The notes beneath the pieces were generated by a model. It did no database searches. It worked only from the letters and a program-made list of their open reading frames with translations, and had not been told where the DNA came from. Below, one piece after another: positions 1 through 14,214 of a stretch of DNA of 64,000 bases. Where the stretch lies: the NCBI GenBank assembly GCA_951406725.2, contig OX597825.1, positions 4,650,001 through 4,714,000 on the forward strand. Reading direction: 5' to 3'. This DNA is from Octopus vulgaris (lineage: Eukaryota). Numbering within the stretch: position 1 is the first letter of the stretch; each line of letters starts with the position of its first letter. The translations under genes and the position numbers were made by a program.

Positions 1-902
1 GAAGAGCGATTAAACCAACATTTGCACGAAGATTCTTGTCAAACAACAAGGGACCTGGCAGAGAAAATGGAATGGTCTCACACTGCTGTAAAAAAGCATC
101 TTCAGTCGATGGGAAAGGTTCAGTAGTATGGAGCATGGGTTCTGTATGCTTTAAATGACAACAACAACCTTCAACGAGCCAAAATCTCAGCTGGTTTGCT
201 TGCTCGTGGACGCGTGCTCATGGACACAAGCAAGGATTTCTTTACTGAATCGTTACTGGCGACAAAAAATGGTGCCTGTTCATCAATATGAAGCAGCGTA
301 AGGTATGGCTTAGCCTCGGTAAACAAGCGACACCACGCGTGAAGCAAGATCTTCATCCGCGTAAAACGATGTTCTGCGTATGGTTTGACTGGGAAGGGAT
401 TATCCATTACGAATTGCTTAAACGGACCCAAATGGTCAACACGGAACTGTATGCTCCACAGATGGAACGACTCAACCTCCCTATTCAAGAGAAAAGACCT
501 AATCGGCAGCATGGAGTTCTTCTACTGCATGACAACGCCCGCCCTCATATCGCCAGTATGACCAAAAAAGCCATTCAAACGCATGGCTGGGAAGTTCTGC
601 CACACCCGCCGTACTCTCTTGATTTAGCACAAACGGATTTCAACCTCTTTCGATCTCTTTCGAATGCTATGCGCTGAATTTCGTTCAATACTGATGCAGA
701 ATTGAGAGTATGGTTGAATCAATTTTTCGAGTTGGAATCGGGTGATTTCTACCAACAAGGTAATGGAAATCTTGTTGAACTTTGGGAAGAAGTTGTAAAC
801 AACAAGGGTGAATACATTATTTATTAATTAGTTGTTATTTTAATTAACCCGTTAAAAAATTTAAATTTTAAAGACGGGGGGAACTTTGATGCCAGCCCAA
901 TA
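1..902 (+). mobile_element. Mariner (Tc1/mariner DD34D) transposon, 3' part, with inactivated transposase and right TIR
   Basis: Translation gives WVLYAL (cf. WVPHEL), IVTGDKKW, HDNARPH and HPPYSLDLAQTDFNLF, with exactly 34 residues between the 2nd and 3rd Asp. Stops break the frame. A mariner-like right TIR GAACTTTGATGCCAGCCCAATA (881-902) runs into a TA tract. Confidence 0.93.
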
Positions 903-970
903 TATATAGGTATGTATGTAAGTATGTATGTATGTATATATATGTATGTATGTGTATATATATATATATA

Positions 971-1867
971 TATAAGCGAGAATGAAGCAACAAGAATGGA
1001 TAGGTTTTTAGTACAATCGTTTCATACAAGGACAGGTTTTATTAAAAGTTGCAAAAATTACAGCATATAAACGTGTCCCGTACTCATCAGCTAAAATACA
1101 TGTGAGTTCTCTAGACATCCTAGTGGTTGAGGCTATACTCATGAAGTAATGTAGATAATTAAGTAACATAAACAGATTTCAAAAGTTCATTAAAGTTCTT
1201 TAAAGATGATGTACAGTCTTATCACAGAATTTTAAAAAATTCCTGCTTATTAGCATTACAGAGAGGGTGAATTAATCCTTTGTATAGATGCACAATTTCC
1301 AATGGTGTAGGTGTAATTCACCTACCCTCTCTGTAATGCTAATAAGCAGGAATTGAAACCCACCTCGTTGTAATTAACAATGGATAAATTTGTCTTCTGT
1401 GAGTATGTAATCCCTCATCATATCTCTGGAAATTCATATGTGCACTATGGATTAGGTCACCTTCTCTGTGATGCTATTAAGACTTTTTTTAAAATTCTGT
1501 GATAAGACTGTACATCATCTTTAAAGAACTTTAATGAACTTTTGAAATCTGTTTATGTTACTTAATTATCTACATTACTTCATGAGTATAGCCTCAACCA
1601 CTAGGATGTCTAGAGAACTCACATGTATTTTAGCTGATGAGTACGGGACACGTTTATATGCTGTAATTTTTGCAACTTTTAATAAAACCTGTCCTTGTAT
1701 GAAACGATTGTACTAAAAACCTATCCATTCTTGTTGCTTCATTCTCGCTTATAATCACCCCACATTACTGTATTGTTAAATCAGTATAGTTTTCTTTGGT
1801 GCATCTAAGTTAGGTACCATATCCAAGTAAATTCATTTAAATTAACTTGAATCTTTATTGCTTTTTG
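971..1867 (+). mobile_element. Non-coding Penelope-like fold-back element (inverted pLTR pair plus 3' tail) in (TA)n
   Basis: 971-1239 is the reverse complement of 1485-1753 (~269 bp, no mismatch seen by eye). A nested 31-bp inversion lies at 1238-1268/1324-1354. An unpaired tail runs 1754-1867. Both sides are (TA)n and each arm contains an HHR motif. Confidence 0.8.
1628..1718 (+). ncRNA. Type I hammerhead ribozyme motif with canonical core (mirror copy on the minus strand at 1006-1096)
   Basis: Order of parts: stem I TTTTAG (1628-33), CTGATGA (1634-40), stem II GTACGGGACA...TGTCCTTGTAT, GAAAC (1701-05), GATT, GTA cleavage triplet (1710-12), CTAAAA (1713-18, pairs with TTTTAG). Confidence 0.8.
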
Positions 1868-1947
1868 TATATATATATGTATATATATATACACCTTTAT
1901 ATTTTCGTTTTGCCAGGTTCTTGATCTGAATTCGAGTGTTAAAGCAG

Positions 1948-2172
1948 ATATTGTTGTACTTGGGGATCGTCATGTTTCCAATTTAGCTAATGAAAACACA
2001 AGCACTATGTATTTTGGTGTTTACTCGCTTCAGCTTTATTTCATATTAATTGTATTTCGGCCATAGTTCTTTCGTCACGCGTCTGTGACCTCGTCAGTGG
2101 TCCTTTGCTAACGATCGTTAGTAAGGAAAGACACAAAGAAAGGAGGAAGCAATGGACCACTGATGAGGTCAC
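1948..2172 (-). mobile_element. Older pLTR fragment related to the 59-64 kb Penelope-like element, with HHR motif and short inverted copy
   Basis: 1948-2107 aligns by eye with 59181-59350. The minus strand at 2059-2103 reads GGACCA-CTGACGA-G-GTCAC-agacgc-GTGAC-GAAAG-aa-CTA-TGGCC. Fold-back centre CTAACGATCGTTAG (2108-2121), then a truncated plus copy ending GGACCACTGATGAGGTCAC (2154-2172). Confidence 0.75.
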
Positions 2173-3109
2173 CAAATATAGCGGCAGAGGCCTGAACAAC
2201 AATGAGCTTGTCTCACAGGGAACGTTTCCTGTGTCTCTTTTAGGGACATCCTTATACTTATAATATAAAACCTCATTAATACACGTCCGTATATTGTTCA
2301 GTTAATTTCATTTGCGAGTGGTATACACATTTAAAGGAAATGAGATGAAACGAAGAATTAAACATTTCAATATAAGAATGAAATCACGAAATGTTAAATA
2401 CTTATTTCTTTATAAGTATGTTTTAAAAAAACCGTCATTCGTAAGCGTCGCATCGATGTCTTTGTCTTTTAAACAACACTTGATATTTTCCTTTATCCAC
2501 TTCTCCATTTTAAGATACATTACAATTTTAACCTCGGTAGACGTGGATATGTGGTGAACATTATAGTTTGTTGAGGAGAAATGAAACATGATATTCATAT
2601 CTTGCTGCTAATGTATGTGAAAATATTGTTCCAACCTGGACGTGAAACCGAGTTACTTTTCACATATAGATTTACTCTCCTCTTTTCAGATGTATCCGCT
2701 TTCGTATATATTGCAGTAGTCGCCGAAAAATTGAGCTTGTGGTTGACGTCAAATGAACAGTGTTCACAAATTTATTTCGATTTTTGGTGTTTCATTTAGC
2801 TTTAACAGATTTATTCCTTGTACATTTCTATAAGCAGACATTTACAATTTAACAAATGTGAAAAAAATAACGATATTTCTAATCTATTATATAAATAACT
2901 ATTGGAACTGTCAGTCTAGAGTGTAAATGCTACGAGACAAATGCAAAAAATAAACGAAACCACTCCAGCGTGTGTCGAATGATTTATAGAAAGTATAAAT
3001 CTTATAAACTGGAACAAATTCAACAGCTTCAAACGCTAAAGTGTACTCACAAAAAAAGTATATATATAGACATGTAGTGTTATATATATATATTGATGAA
3101 TTTTCCAGT

Positions 3110-3715
3110 ATAGGCACGAGGTCTAATATCTAAAGGAAGGGCGCTGGTCAATAGTTTCTGCACTAGTACTTGATTACTACTTTAGTTTATGGGCAATGAA
3201 AGGAACTCTCGACCCCATGCAAAATTTGAACCCGGAAAGTACACAGCCATGAGACATGCAAGTATGAATTTTTCCGATGCGCTAACGGTTCTGCCAGCTC
3301 GACGACTTTTATGTAATAAGTTTTTCTACGATAGACATAAGGCCTGAAACGTCTGGTAAGCGAACTAGTCGATTTCATTGACAATGAGAGATTGGTGCTT
3401 ATTTTGTCGACGTCGCTAGAATTTGAACTCAGAACATAAAGATCAAAGGAATGCCGATAAGTATTTTCTCCGGCTTGCTAACAATTCTGCCAACTCGCTT
3501 TTATTTTCATCCATTTAGTAAAACTTTCTACAATAGGAGATAGGTCTGAAACTTCGGGGTGGATAACAGGCATTTATATCAACCCCCAGTGCATGACTGG
3601 TACTTATTTTATCGATCTTGGAGGGATGAGAGGCTAAAGTTAACCAAGACGCAATTTTAAGTGAGAACGTAAAGCCGGAGGAAATGCGGTTAAACATTTT
3701 GTTCGGATCCTGCTG
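3110..3715 (-). mobile_element. Cluster of three diverged tRNA-derived SINE copies (family B)
   Basis: Repeated ...ATTTGAACTCAGAAC...TTCTGCCAGCTCG blocks, the reverse complement of the SINE at 40789. Confidence 0.7.
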
Positions 3716-3959
3716 CCTTTTATTCGTTTAATAATCACAGAAATTACGACATTTTGTTGCCTAATAACGTTAGCGTAATCACACAAAATGTACGGACAGT
3801 GTTTGTAAGATGGCGCAATATTAATATATACGCTCAATGTAAATTCCAAATAGAACTACAAAGAAACAAATATATGTAAGGACAATAAGTACGATGCGTA
3901 TCGTATAAATATTTCACAAACAAACAGACACAGACACGCCCAAGCACACGTAGTTCTAT

Positions 3960-4203
3960 CTAATATATAATGATACATTCATATATACATATATATATAT
4001 ATACACATACATATATATGTAAATATATACGTATATATATATGCATATGTATATATGCATATATATATATATATGCAAATATATATGTATATATATTTAT
4101 ATATATATACATATATATATGTATATAAATATAATAGTGTGTACCTCTCTCTATATACACACACATGCTCTCACACACATATGTACATACGTATACATAT
4201 GCA

Positions 4204-4259
<56 letters not shown>

Positions 4260-4321
4260 TGTATATGTAGTCATATGTATATATGTGTGTAAGTGTGTGT
4301 GTAGAAAGAGAGATACACACA

Positions 4322-4401
<80 letters not shown>

Positions 4402-4973
4402 TAGGAATAAATCTATAAGGTGAAGGATTGTAGGCCATACATAACTTCACTTATGACTTAGAGAATGTGTTAAGATAGCGGATTGCGTTTATAAATCCCC
4501 GTTTCTTTTCCAGCAAATTTTTTTCTAGTCACACTCTTATCAAGCATCCAACACAGTAAATACACTGATGAAAGAACACAGCGCTAAATAATGTGTATTT
4601 CTGCTTGTTTTTATTATTGTTTTCCCATTCTGTTGTTAGATATGGAGAGATTATCCAGCAAAAGGTGGAAATGCATGCGAGGTCGATTAATTTTCCCCGT
4701 TCCTATCTTTATACCTTCAGACATTTCGTAGTTGTAACAGACATATATTTATTGACGTCATACGGTAAAATATTCTTTCGGTTTTTTTTTCTTCTTTCCA
4801 TGTGTTGCTGGCTGAAACCAGAAAGATTTCTCTTCTTAATAGTTTCCTTGTTCACCCTTTCCTTGCATAGGTGTGCGTAGCAGTATCTACACACACAGAC
4901 ACACACACCCTTACTTGCATACACAAGCACACATTCAAACGCATACACATACACACATATATATATACATATA

Positions 4974-5031
<58 letters not shown>

Positions 5032-5056
5032 CACACACACGCAAAGACAAATATAG

Positions 5057-5094
<38 letters not shown>

Positions 5095-5261
5095 GGAGGG
5101 AGAAGGAGAGAAAGGGAGAGAAGGAGAGAAAGGGGAGAAAGAGCATTTATGTAACTATACATTATGCATATAAGCATGTGTGTGCAAGTGCGTGTATTTG
5201 GTGGCTGCAGGCTAAGCCTGAGTGTGTGTATGTCTGTGTGAGTATAGACATACATACAGAC

Positions 5262-5292
<31 letters not shown>

Positions 5293-5395
5293 TGTATGTA
5301 TGTATGTTTGTATGTATGTATGTATGTACGTATGTGTATATGCATGTATGCATTTATGTATCAATACATGCATATGTGCCTGTATGTGTGTGTTG
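3960..5395. repeat. Compound (TA)n/(CA)n/(GA)n/(TATG)n microsatellites with short unique spacers
   Basis: Directly visible; the ORFs here are YIYI/HT translations. Confidence 0.9.
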
Positions 5396-5630
5396 AACGT
5401 TTCATAATACTTCATAATCTAATCCATTTTGACATTTCTGTACAATCAAATCCCTTCAATCGAAGAATTTCCTGAAAGGTGTTTTCATAATCTTGTCAAC
5501 ACGCTTAAATTTTACCATTGAACAGAAGAGATTCTTCTTAGAAGAATATGTCTAAGATGATTTGGTATCGCTTTCTATAAGTGAAAGGTTCATGAGTTTT
5601 ATTTCGTTTATATATATATATATATATTCT

Positions 5631-5666
<36 letters not shown>

Positions 5667-6432
5667 TCTACACACACATATATATATATTCATTTATTCT
5701 ATATGTTATTTATTCATTCTATTTATCTTCTTCCCCCATATGCATTCCATTAGATGCGTAACTAACTTAGAGAATACACGGAATCAGAATAAGAAAATAT
5801 TTCATATTAACATTATGTGTTGTAGATCTATGAAGTAGATTCACATTTAAATTCAACGTGACAACCATTGCTTGTATAAATTTACGTTCCTATCAAAATA
5901 TGCACAAAAGATGCGCGGACACGTATCTAAGAGCTTAGATTCCGAGTCTTATTTACTTTACTTTCCTTATCGCTTTTATTTTAAATGTTTTCTTCTTGAT
6001 CTTTTATATATGATAATGTTTATTTTAAACATATATTCTATTATTCTTTTATATATGTTCATATTTTTCTAGTAGTATATTCATTGCCAATATAATTCAC
6101 AGAATCATCTATGTATCTACCGATGTTTGTATGTGACCGTGTGTGTGTGTGTGAACAGATGGATGGTTTTACATGCATTATGTATGTATGCATACATACA
6201 AACACTAACGCAACCTTGCCATCTGATTCACAAGTCTATGGTTAAAGCATATAAAATAAGTAAATAGAAAATATAACGCAAATATTTTCTTATATAAAAA
6301 CAAACATATGTCCGTGTGTTGCTGTTTTTGTGTATTGATATATATTCACCGACACATGTATATCAATACTTCTATCTATCCATCTAGCTAACTAGCTAGC
6401 TATATGTGAATATGTGTGTATGCGTGTGCACG

Positions 6433-6532
<100 letters not shown>

Positions 6533-6854
6533 GAGGATATATATACTGTTTCTTCAATGAATTGCTATTGAGCGAAACAGGATTATATTCTCAAAGGTAT
6601 GTAGCTCTATAGCGTTACTTAGCTTTTACGTTTATACTCAGGCTTCAGACAGCAGCTTGTTGTAATGTAATGAAATGTTCTACTTTCCAAAATGGTGTTA
6701 CGGCATCGTGAATTCATTGGTTGAATCTTATCATGTGAGACCTTTATATGAGAAGCGTCATGAAATTCTTATATCAAAAATTAGCAAAAGTAATTAATGA
6801 ATAAACTAACAATACGCAAGAATAATTGTATTACTTATCGGGAATGGAAATTAG

Positions 6855-7705
6855 CGGCGACTGACAGAATCGTAAGCATCTTGGACAACATGCTTGGAGG
6901 TTTTCCGTCCGTCTTTACGTTCGGAGTTAAAATTCCTACGAGGCAGACTTTACTTATTCATCCTTAAGGGTCGATAAAATAAGTATCAGTTGAGGGTCGA
7001 TGTAATCGACTAGCCCCTGTCCCTCAGATTTCAGGCCGAACGAAATGCCCCTTAGCATTTCGTCTGTCTTCGTGTTCTGAGTTCAAATTCCGCCGAGGTC
7101 AACTTTGCCTTTCATCCTTTCGAGGTCGATTAAATAAATACCAGTTAATCAGTGGGGTTGATGTAATCGACTTAATCCCTTTGTCTGTCTTTGTTTGTCC
7201 CCTCTATGTTTAACGCCCTGTGGGCAATAAAGAAATAATTATTATTAAGGCACCGAGCTGGGGAACTGTTAGCACGTCGCCAGACAAAGTACTTAACTGC
7301 ATTTCGTCTACCTTTATGTTCTGATTTCAAATTTTAAAATGGTCGACTTTGCTTTTCATCATTTAGGAGACGATAAAATGATTACCACTGAAGTACTGGG
7401 GGGGGTCGATTAAATCGATAAGCACCTCTACCTTCAAATTTCAAGCATTGTTCCTATAGTAGGAAGTATTATCATTACTCTTGCTGCTGTTCTTGTTCTT
7501 GTTGTTGATGTGACAGAGTGAAACGCTAGGTGAAATGCTTACCGTTTTTTCGCCCGTCACTATACTCTGAGTTCAAATTCCGCCGTGGTCGATTTTGCCT
7601 TTCATCCTTTCTGGGTCGATGAAATAAGTACCAGTTAATATCCCTCTCTCCTACTAACCCGCTCTCAGAAAAGTTCAGGCATTGTACCTATAAGAGGATG
7701 AATTA
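6855..7705 (+). mobile_element. Tandem cluster of four family-B SINE copies
   Basis: Four repeats of GAGTTCAAATTCCGCCGAGGTCRACTTTGCCTTTCATCC-like B-box/body (about 6924, 7079, 7323, 7569), separated by AT-rich tails. Confidence 0.8.
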
Positions 7706-7799
7706 ATATTGTTGTTATTCTGGAAGACTCTTGGATAGTTCTTAATTACCGGTTATTCTTTACTGGAAAGCAGTCAATAACAAATCACCAAAGGTTTCA

Positions 7800-8010
7800 A
7801 GTAGTGCATTCTCCTGTGACTCAGAGACAATACTCTCCTTAGAATGCGAGCTGTACCCAACAATACTGTCTTCCGGATTACTTCGGGCCTTACAGCTGCT
7901 CCAAGTATCCTTAATATGTCTTTCAAAAGCTCTTGGAAACTGCTCCTAATGCTCCAATTACCACCGGTTTCACCATTACTTTCCTCATGCCATATAATTT
8001 TCCTATCTCG
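7800..8010 (-). mobile_element. R4/Dong-clade non-LTR retrotransposon 3' fragment
   Basis: The minus strand encodes VKPVVIGALGAV and VIRKTVLLGTARILRRVL, the C-terminus typical of R4/Dong RLE ORFs. An (ATT)n tract lies nearby at 8078-8142. Confidence 0.75.
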
Positions 8011-8076
8011 TCCAGAAGTCCAGAAGTGGCTGGTATTTCTTAATCCGCTTTTTGCATTGTACCTATAGGAGAAAGG

Positions 8077-8129
<53 letters not shown>

Positions 8130-8745
8130 CATTATTATTATTAAATACTTAGCAAAGAAGCATAGATATTAAGATTTAAGCTCTTATATTCAAGATACTG
8201 ATTAGATCGCATAAGAATAGTTTCTATGTCACACACTGCTGAAAATAGCTGTCGTAACAGCAATATGCGCTTCATTTTTTTCTTTTTGTTTTAATACATC
8301 ATTTTATCGCAAAATTGTTTTCCTGTGAGTCTTTCAAGGACCAAATATATATCTAAAGGTATACCTCCCTGCAAATATTCCCGAATCTAAACGAATGGGC
8401 TGCCTTAGAAATGTTTTGTCTTTTCGGTACGCGTCTTTAATACACCTACACCTACTAGTATGTGTGTACTGGAGTACTACCACCCCTTATGAGAGTGTGA
8501 TGTAGTTTATCTCGGGAAATAGTGAACCCCGAACGCTAGCATGGACAAACGGACGTTTCAGTAGAATCAATTGAGCTGTTTCCCGAACGACGTAGGAACC
8601 AGATCAGAAATCAATGGCAGCCGAATTCATATATCTGCACTCTATACTCTATGTCATGTTGTGAGTACTTTTGTTCGTTACATTTCAAACCACAAGTATA
8701 TAAGTGCTCTGTGATGATGTGCCTGTGCGTGTCTGTGTGTTTGTG

Positions 8746-8843
<98 letters not shown>

Positions 8844-9453
8844 AGAGTTCTAATCTGAAAATCTTTCCTCGTCTTGCGGCGAGATTATTTCAATATTGTT
8901 TAAAATGTCAATATATTATCGCACGACCATCTAAACCCCACACTCGCGCTATCACACTCATGCACGCTTATACAGAAATACTCATATATACTCACACACA
9001 CATACACACTTCAACACATCCACACACACATACACACTTCAACACACACACACACTAACACAATCATCCATACGCAAACAGACACGGAGAGGAATAAATT
9101 CTGACTTTAATCACCATTGAAAGTTTCAAAATCTCTTAATCTCGCTGCATCACTATACAGACAGACACCGCTAGATATATTTTATGGATTATTACGCTCT
9201 ATTCTACCCATGTTATATATAATATTTCCAAAATCTACATAGCAAATTTTAGACATATTCAAACACGTTGCAATATCTACTATGTCAATACTTATGATAT
9301 CTTCGTAGCATTCCTGTTTGATAGCTGACCACTACAGTCGACTGCTGTTGGCTGACTACATTTTATAACGACTAAACAAATACATAACACGTGTAAACAT
9401 ATGACTTACGCTACCACACGTGTTTTACACACATATTAATATATGTGTGTGCG

Positions 9454-9568
9454 TGTACGTGTGTGTATGTGTGTGTGTGTGTATGAGTACGTATATGTGT
9501 ATGTATAGCTATATATATATGTGTGTGTGGCTGTGAGTGTGTCTGAGCATGTATGTGTGTATGTATAA

Positions 9569-9602
<34 letters not shown>

Positions 9603-9641
9603 TTATACATACACACATACATACTCAGACACACTCACAGC

Positions 9642-9691
<50 letters not shown>

Positions 9692-9741
9692 TACATACAC
9701 ATATACATACTCAGACACACACACACATACACACACGTACA
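9454..9741. repeat. Imperfect palindrome of compound microsatellite centred on (TA)n
   Basis: GTGTGGCTGTGAGTGTGTCTGAGCATGTATGTGTGTATGTATAAGT-(AT)n-ACTTATACATACACACATACATACTCAGACACACTCACAGCCACAC; the arms extend further with indels. Confidence 0.8.
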
Positions 9742-9745
9742 TATG

Positions 9746-9793
<48 letters not shown>

Positions 9794-10087
9794 GTGTGTG
9801 TGTGGGTCTGTTTGAGTACGTATGCATGTGCTTATGTATATGTGTGTGTATATGTGTGTGTATGTATATATGCATGTATGCGTGAGTGTGTGTTATATGT
9901 ATTATATATATATATATACGATATATATACGACAAATAAGAAAATGGAGAGGATACAATAACGACACACATCAGTCGTTTTTGTATCTTATCTATTTATT
10001 TATTTGCCGTATAAATTAATGGTAAGCTCCTTTTAAACCCCGCCCATATATGACACTCATCTAACTCTCACAGAGATGTATATACAT

Positions 10088-10220
<133 letters not shown>

Positions 10221-10394
10221 TACATATACATATACATTACATGTGCCTGTGTGTCTGTGTGTCTGTGTGTGAATGTTTAGGTTTGTATGTATATCAATAC
10301 TTCTCTTTATGTTGATTTATATATAAAAACTGTTTAGCACTAAACTGAAGATTAGTGAATATATTTTAGTAGAGTATTTATGCGTGTGTGTGTG

Positions 10395-10440
<46 letters not shown>

Positions 10441-11879
10441 GACAGTGAGAAAGGAGGGGGACAGTCATATATACATAGATATATACGTACATGCGTTCTT
10501 ACATACACATTATGTACAGGGTTGGTGTGATTCACCGTGTCTATCGCTCTCTGTTGAGAGATTCCCGTTTATTTTCAAACTTGACACAAGAATAAATGCA
10601 TAGGGCTGTACCGAAATTAGATGATACCAGGCCATATTATGTGTCAGCTGAATCTGAGAGAAATTTCTAATTCATTGAAGTGATGTGCTAGTGGCGAATA
10701 AAACTAAGTTACATTGCCCATAATGCACATTTATCTATGTTTGAGGCGAAGAAAATATTGTCCTCACTGTAAATATTAATGATGATAGAACATCTTTTTA
10801 AGCTATCTGTTTTTCATTTTCCTTGTCATACATAGTTTTAGTTATTAAAGCTATAGAGCTTGTCTTACTTCTTTTGGTTACGATATTATCAGCCGGCCTT
10901 AAGATATGATACTTCTCTGAAATGCAGAAGCTGCACAAATATCTTAAGTTCAAGCGTGATATGGTGTTTGCATTTGACGATACTCCATGCTGTTGGGAAT
11001 GTTAAAAATTCTTCTAGTTTTAAGTTTCCTGATTTGCATGGCAAGAATAATTATTTAATTCTGTCACTAGATCTAAAGGAATGTATGTACTGGCTGTCAG
11101 GTTTTCAGATTGCTCGTTATTGTCCAATTCAATACAATCTTCTGATGTCGGTGTGGTTCAAGCGTCATGTTGATTTAATTTTTCTTATTATAATCTCATG
11201 TTGAGATACACCATAATTTCTATGGCATTTGCACATAGTTTCTAATCCAATGACTATTGTAGAAAATTTGAAAGCGTACATGATATAAACATCTGTACCT
11301 GCCCTTTGTCCTATTCTTATTGATAAACTTACGGTGTTTGTGCCATACTGAAATGCCTACTTCCCACTAGCATGGAGTATATATTTATACACTCCTAAAA
11401 TGCAATCATATTACCTGAAAGATTACACTTGATGATCTTATTGATTTGCGCTTAGATTTTCGATGCATTTGTTTAATGATTTGGATTTTGGGTGCATTCC
11501 TTTAATTAGGATGTTTAATGAGCTTTCGAATTTCACTTAAGTAACTACATAATAGAATTGTGTAATAGGATGGGGATGACATTTGGTCAAGGGTCATTTT
11601 GTCTTCTCTCAACTGGCAGAATGATTAGAGTGTCGGAAAACATACTTCGCTTACTCCTTCGGGCTCCCTGCGATCTCATTTAAATCCCATCCCATCGAGG
11701 TCATTAAGATTATTTATTAAATGAAGTAAACTAGTTAGTTTGGAACTCCCATTTTATTCCCTGGGTGAGTCAAAAATATAACCCTTCTGCGAGTCAGTAA
11801 AATATTAAAAGGTAAAATAAGGAATAGAATCACTCCAAGGTAGAATTATATTGCCTTAGATCACAGAGTAATAAAATGC

Positions 11880-12232
11880 TATCCCCGTGGATTTTATCAC
11901 GTCGGGAAATTTACCATATGCGAAGAAACTCTGAAAGAGTATCTCCAGTGTCTTTGCAAGAGCCATTTTTTAAGGGAATAGCCGGGCGTCTGTCTGGGGC
12001 TACTACTGAGATTGATCTCATCTTATCAATTGCCGATATTACATCCTCTTCTGTGATGTTGATGTAATGGATGGTTTCTTATTTGTGACATTGAGAAACT
12101 CCACGGGCTTGTTTATTTACATATTTTCCAGTGGAGAAGTGAAGATAAATCGGAATTATTTATATAGTGCTTCACTTATCTTCCCCAGGTCTGCAGTTAG
12201 TGGGCCGTTTTTACCAAGTAGTGGCCTTATCT
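11880..12232 (-). mobile_element. CR1-like LINE fragment (region just upstream of the RT core), degraded
   Basis: Minus-strand translation KIRPLLGKNGPLTAD... and INITEEDVISAIDKMRSISVVAPD resembles the CR1 'I.I.E..V..AI..M...SA.GPD' segment. Frameshifted. Confidence 0.6.
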
Positions 12233-12240
12233 TATATATG

Positions 12241-12288
<48 letters not shown>

Positions 12289-12386
12289 TATATACATGTA
12301 TGTATCTCTATGTATATATAAATATATGTATGCATTGTATGCATTTATATGCATATACCCATGTGAATATATATATTATGTGTGAG

Positions 12387-12424
<38 letters not shown>

Positions 12425-12524
12425 CGTATATATATATATATGTATATATATATAGTATATATATATGTATATATATATATGTGTGTATATATATGTATAT
12501 ATATATAGTATATATATATATATG

Positions 12525-12572
<48 letters not shown>

Positions 12573-13098
12573 TGTATGTATGTATGTAAATTCTTCAGTG
12601 GTGTATCTGTGCCTATGTACTGGAATATGTGCGGATATGTGTGTATGTGAAGAGGGTGGGGAGCACAATTTCGAATTATGTACTGCGGTACGTGTTTTAT
12701 CTCATAACAATGAGACAGTTAAAATGCAGAAAAATAATATCAAAAATAAAAAAGAAAAATACCAACAAAATCAAAGCAGAATAAAAAAAAATCATCAAAA
12801 CCAAAGTGTGGTGTGTATGTGTATTTGCGCGTCTATATTTGTAAAGAATGGTTTAAATGAAATATAATAACACATAGTTGTTTAGCTCGTTAAAAATATC
12901 AGATGAAGAGAAATATCGTTGTTAGTGAGTGTGAAACACAAAAGAAAGAAAATATCTTCTAAACAGTAGTACACACATACACAACTACATATACAGATAC
13001 AGATACACACTCACACACACATACACACACACACATATATTTATATATATATATATAGATATATGTATGTATATATATACTTGTATATACATATATAA

Positions 13099-13134
<36 letters not shown>

Positions 13135-13245
13135 GTATACATACACATATGTATATACACATATACATGTATGTATATGTATATATATGCATATATATAC
13201 ATACACACCCACAAATACATATATGTATGCAGATATATATGTGTG

Positions 13246-13290
<45 letters not shown>

Positions 13291-13389
13291 GTATATATAT
13301 ATATGTGTGTATATATATATACATATATATACATATACATATATATATATATATAAACACATTCACATACATACGTACATACATACATG

Positions 13390-13440
<51 letters not shown>

Positions 13441-13460
13441 TCATGTATATATATATATTT
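12233..13460. repeat. Compound (TA)n/(TG)n/(TACA)n microsatellites
   Basis: Directly visible. Confidence 0.9.
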
Positions 13461-14132
13461 AACAGTGAGACGGAGCGGGAGGAGGGAAACGATAAACGAC
13501 GAATGAATAAGAAATATCACGTGACTTTTAATGTTTATCTTTGAGCAGAACCGAATAAAGGAATTTTCACAGGTACATAAAATATAGAAGAGAAAAGTGG
13601 CGGTGGGGGGGGGGGGGAATAAACCAACGAATCTACTCGAACACGGTAAATCATGATAGCAAAATATCAATAAACATTGACAATGACAATAAACAATGAC
13701 AACGCCAATAACATTGACAACGATTCCAACAAGAACAACATCAACGCTGTTTTTATCAAAATGGATAGAAAAGTGAAAACATAATTACTGGTAACAATAA
13801 CATTTACAAGTACAATAATTACAAGACAACCAATTAATATTCACTGCCATAACTGTAGTAATTATGACGTCAAAAGAAGAACGAACAAACACATCGCACA
13901 CGCACAATCACTCACTCACACACACAAACACACACGCACTCACGCAATGTCTCACTGACGAAGCTTTTTGGATCAGAGAGTAACGTGTTTTATTTAGATA
14001 TGGGTGCAGGCCTCTGCCATTGGTGCAAGCTGGGCCCAAACTCGACTCCTAGAAATCGTCTCAAAGATCTGGGTTTTCGAGGGAAGAGGATGGTAAGCCA
14101 GGAGCCTGCCCTCACTATTTTATTAAGCCCAT

Positions 14133-14207
<75 letters not shown>

Positions 14208-14214
<7 letters not shown>

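Noticed and set aside
171-512. 113-aa minus-strand ORF
   Set aside because: It is the antisense shadow of the mariner transposase.
6855-7705. CRISPR-like repeat-spacer array
   Set aside because: The units are ~200-bp diverged SINE copies in eukaryotic DNA, with no cas genes.
13955-13990. CTGACGA followed by a hairpin (CTTTTTG-gat-CAGAGAG) as a hammerhead
   Set aside because: GAAA is missing (TAAC instead) and there is no stem I; at most a decayed relic.
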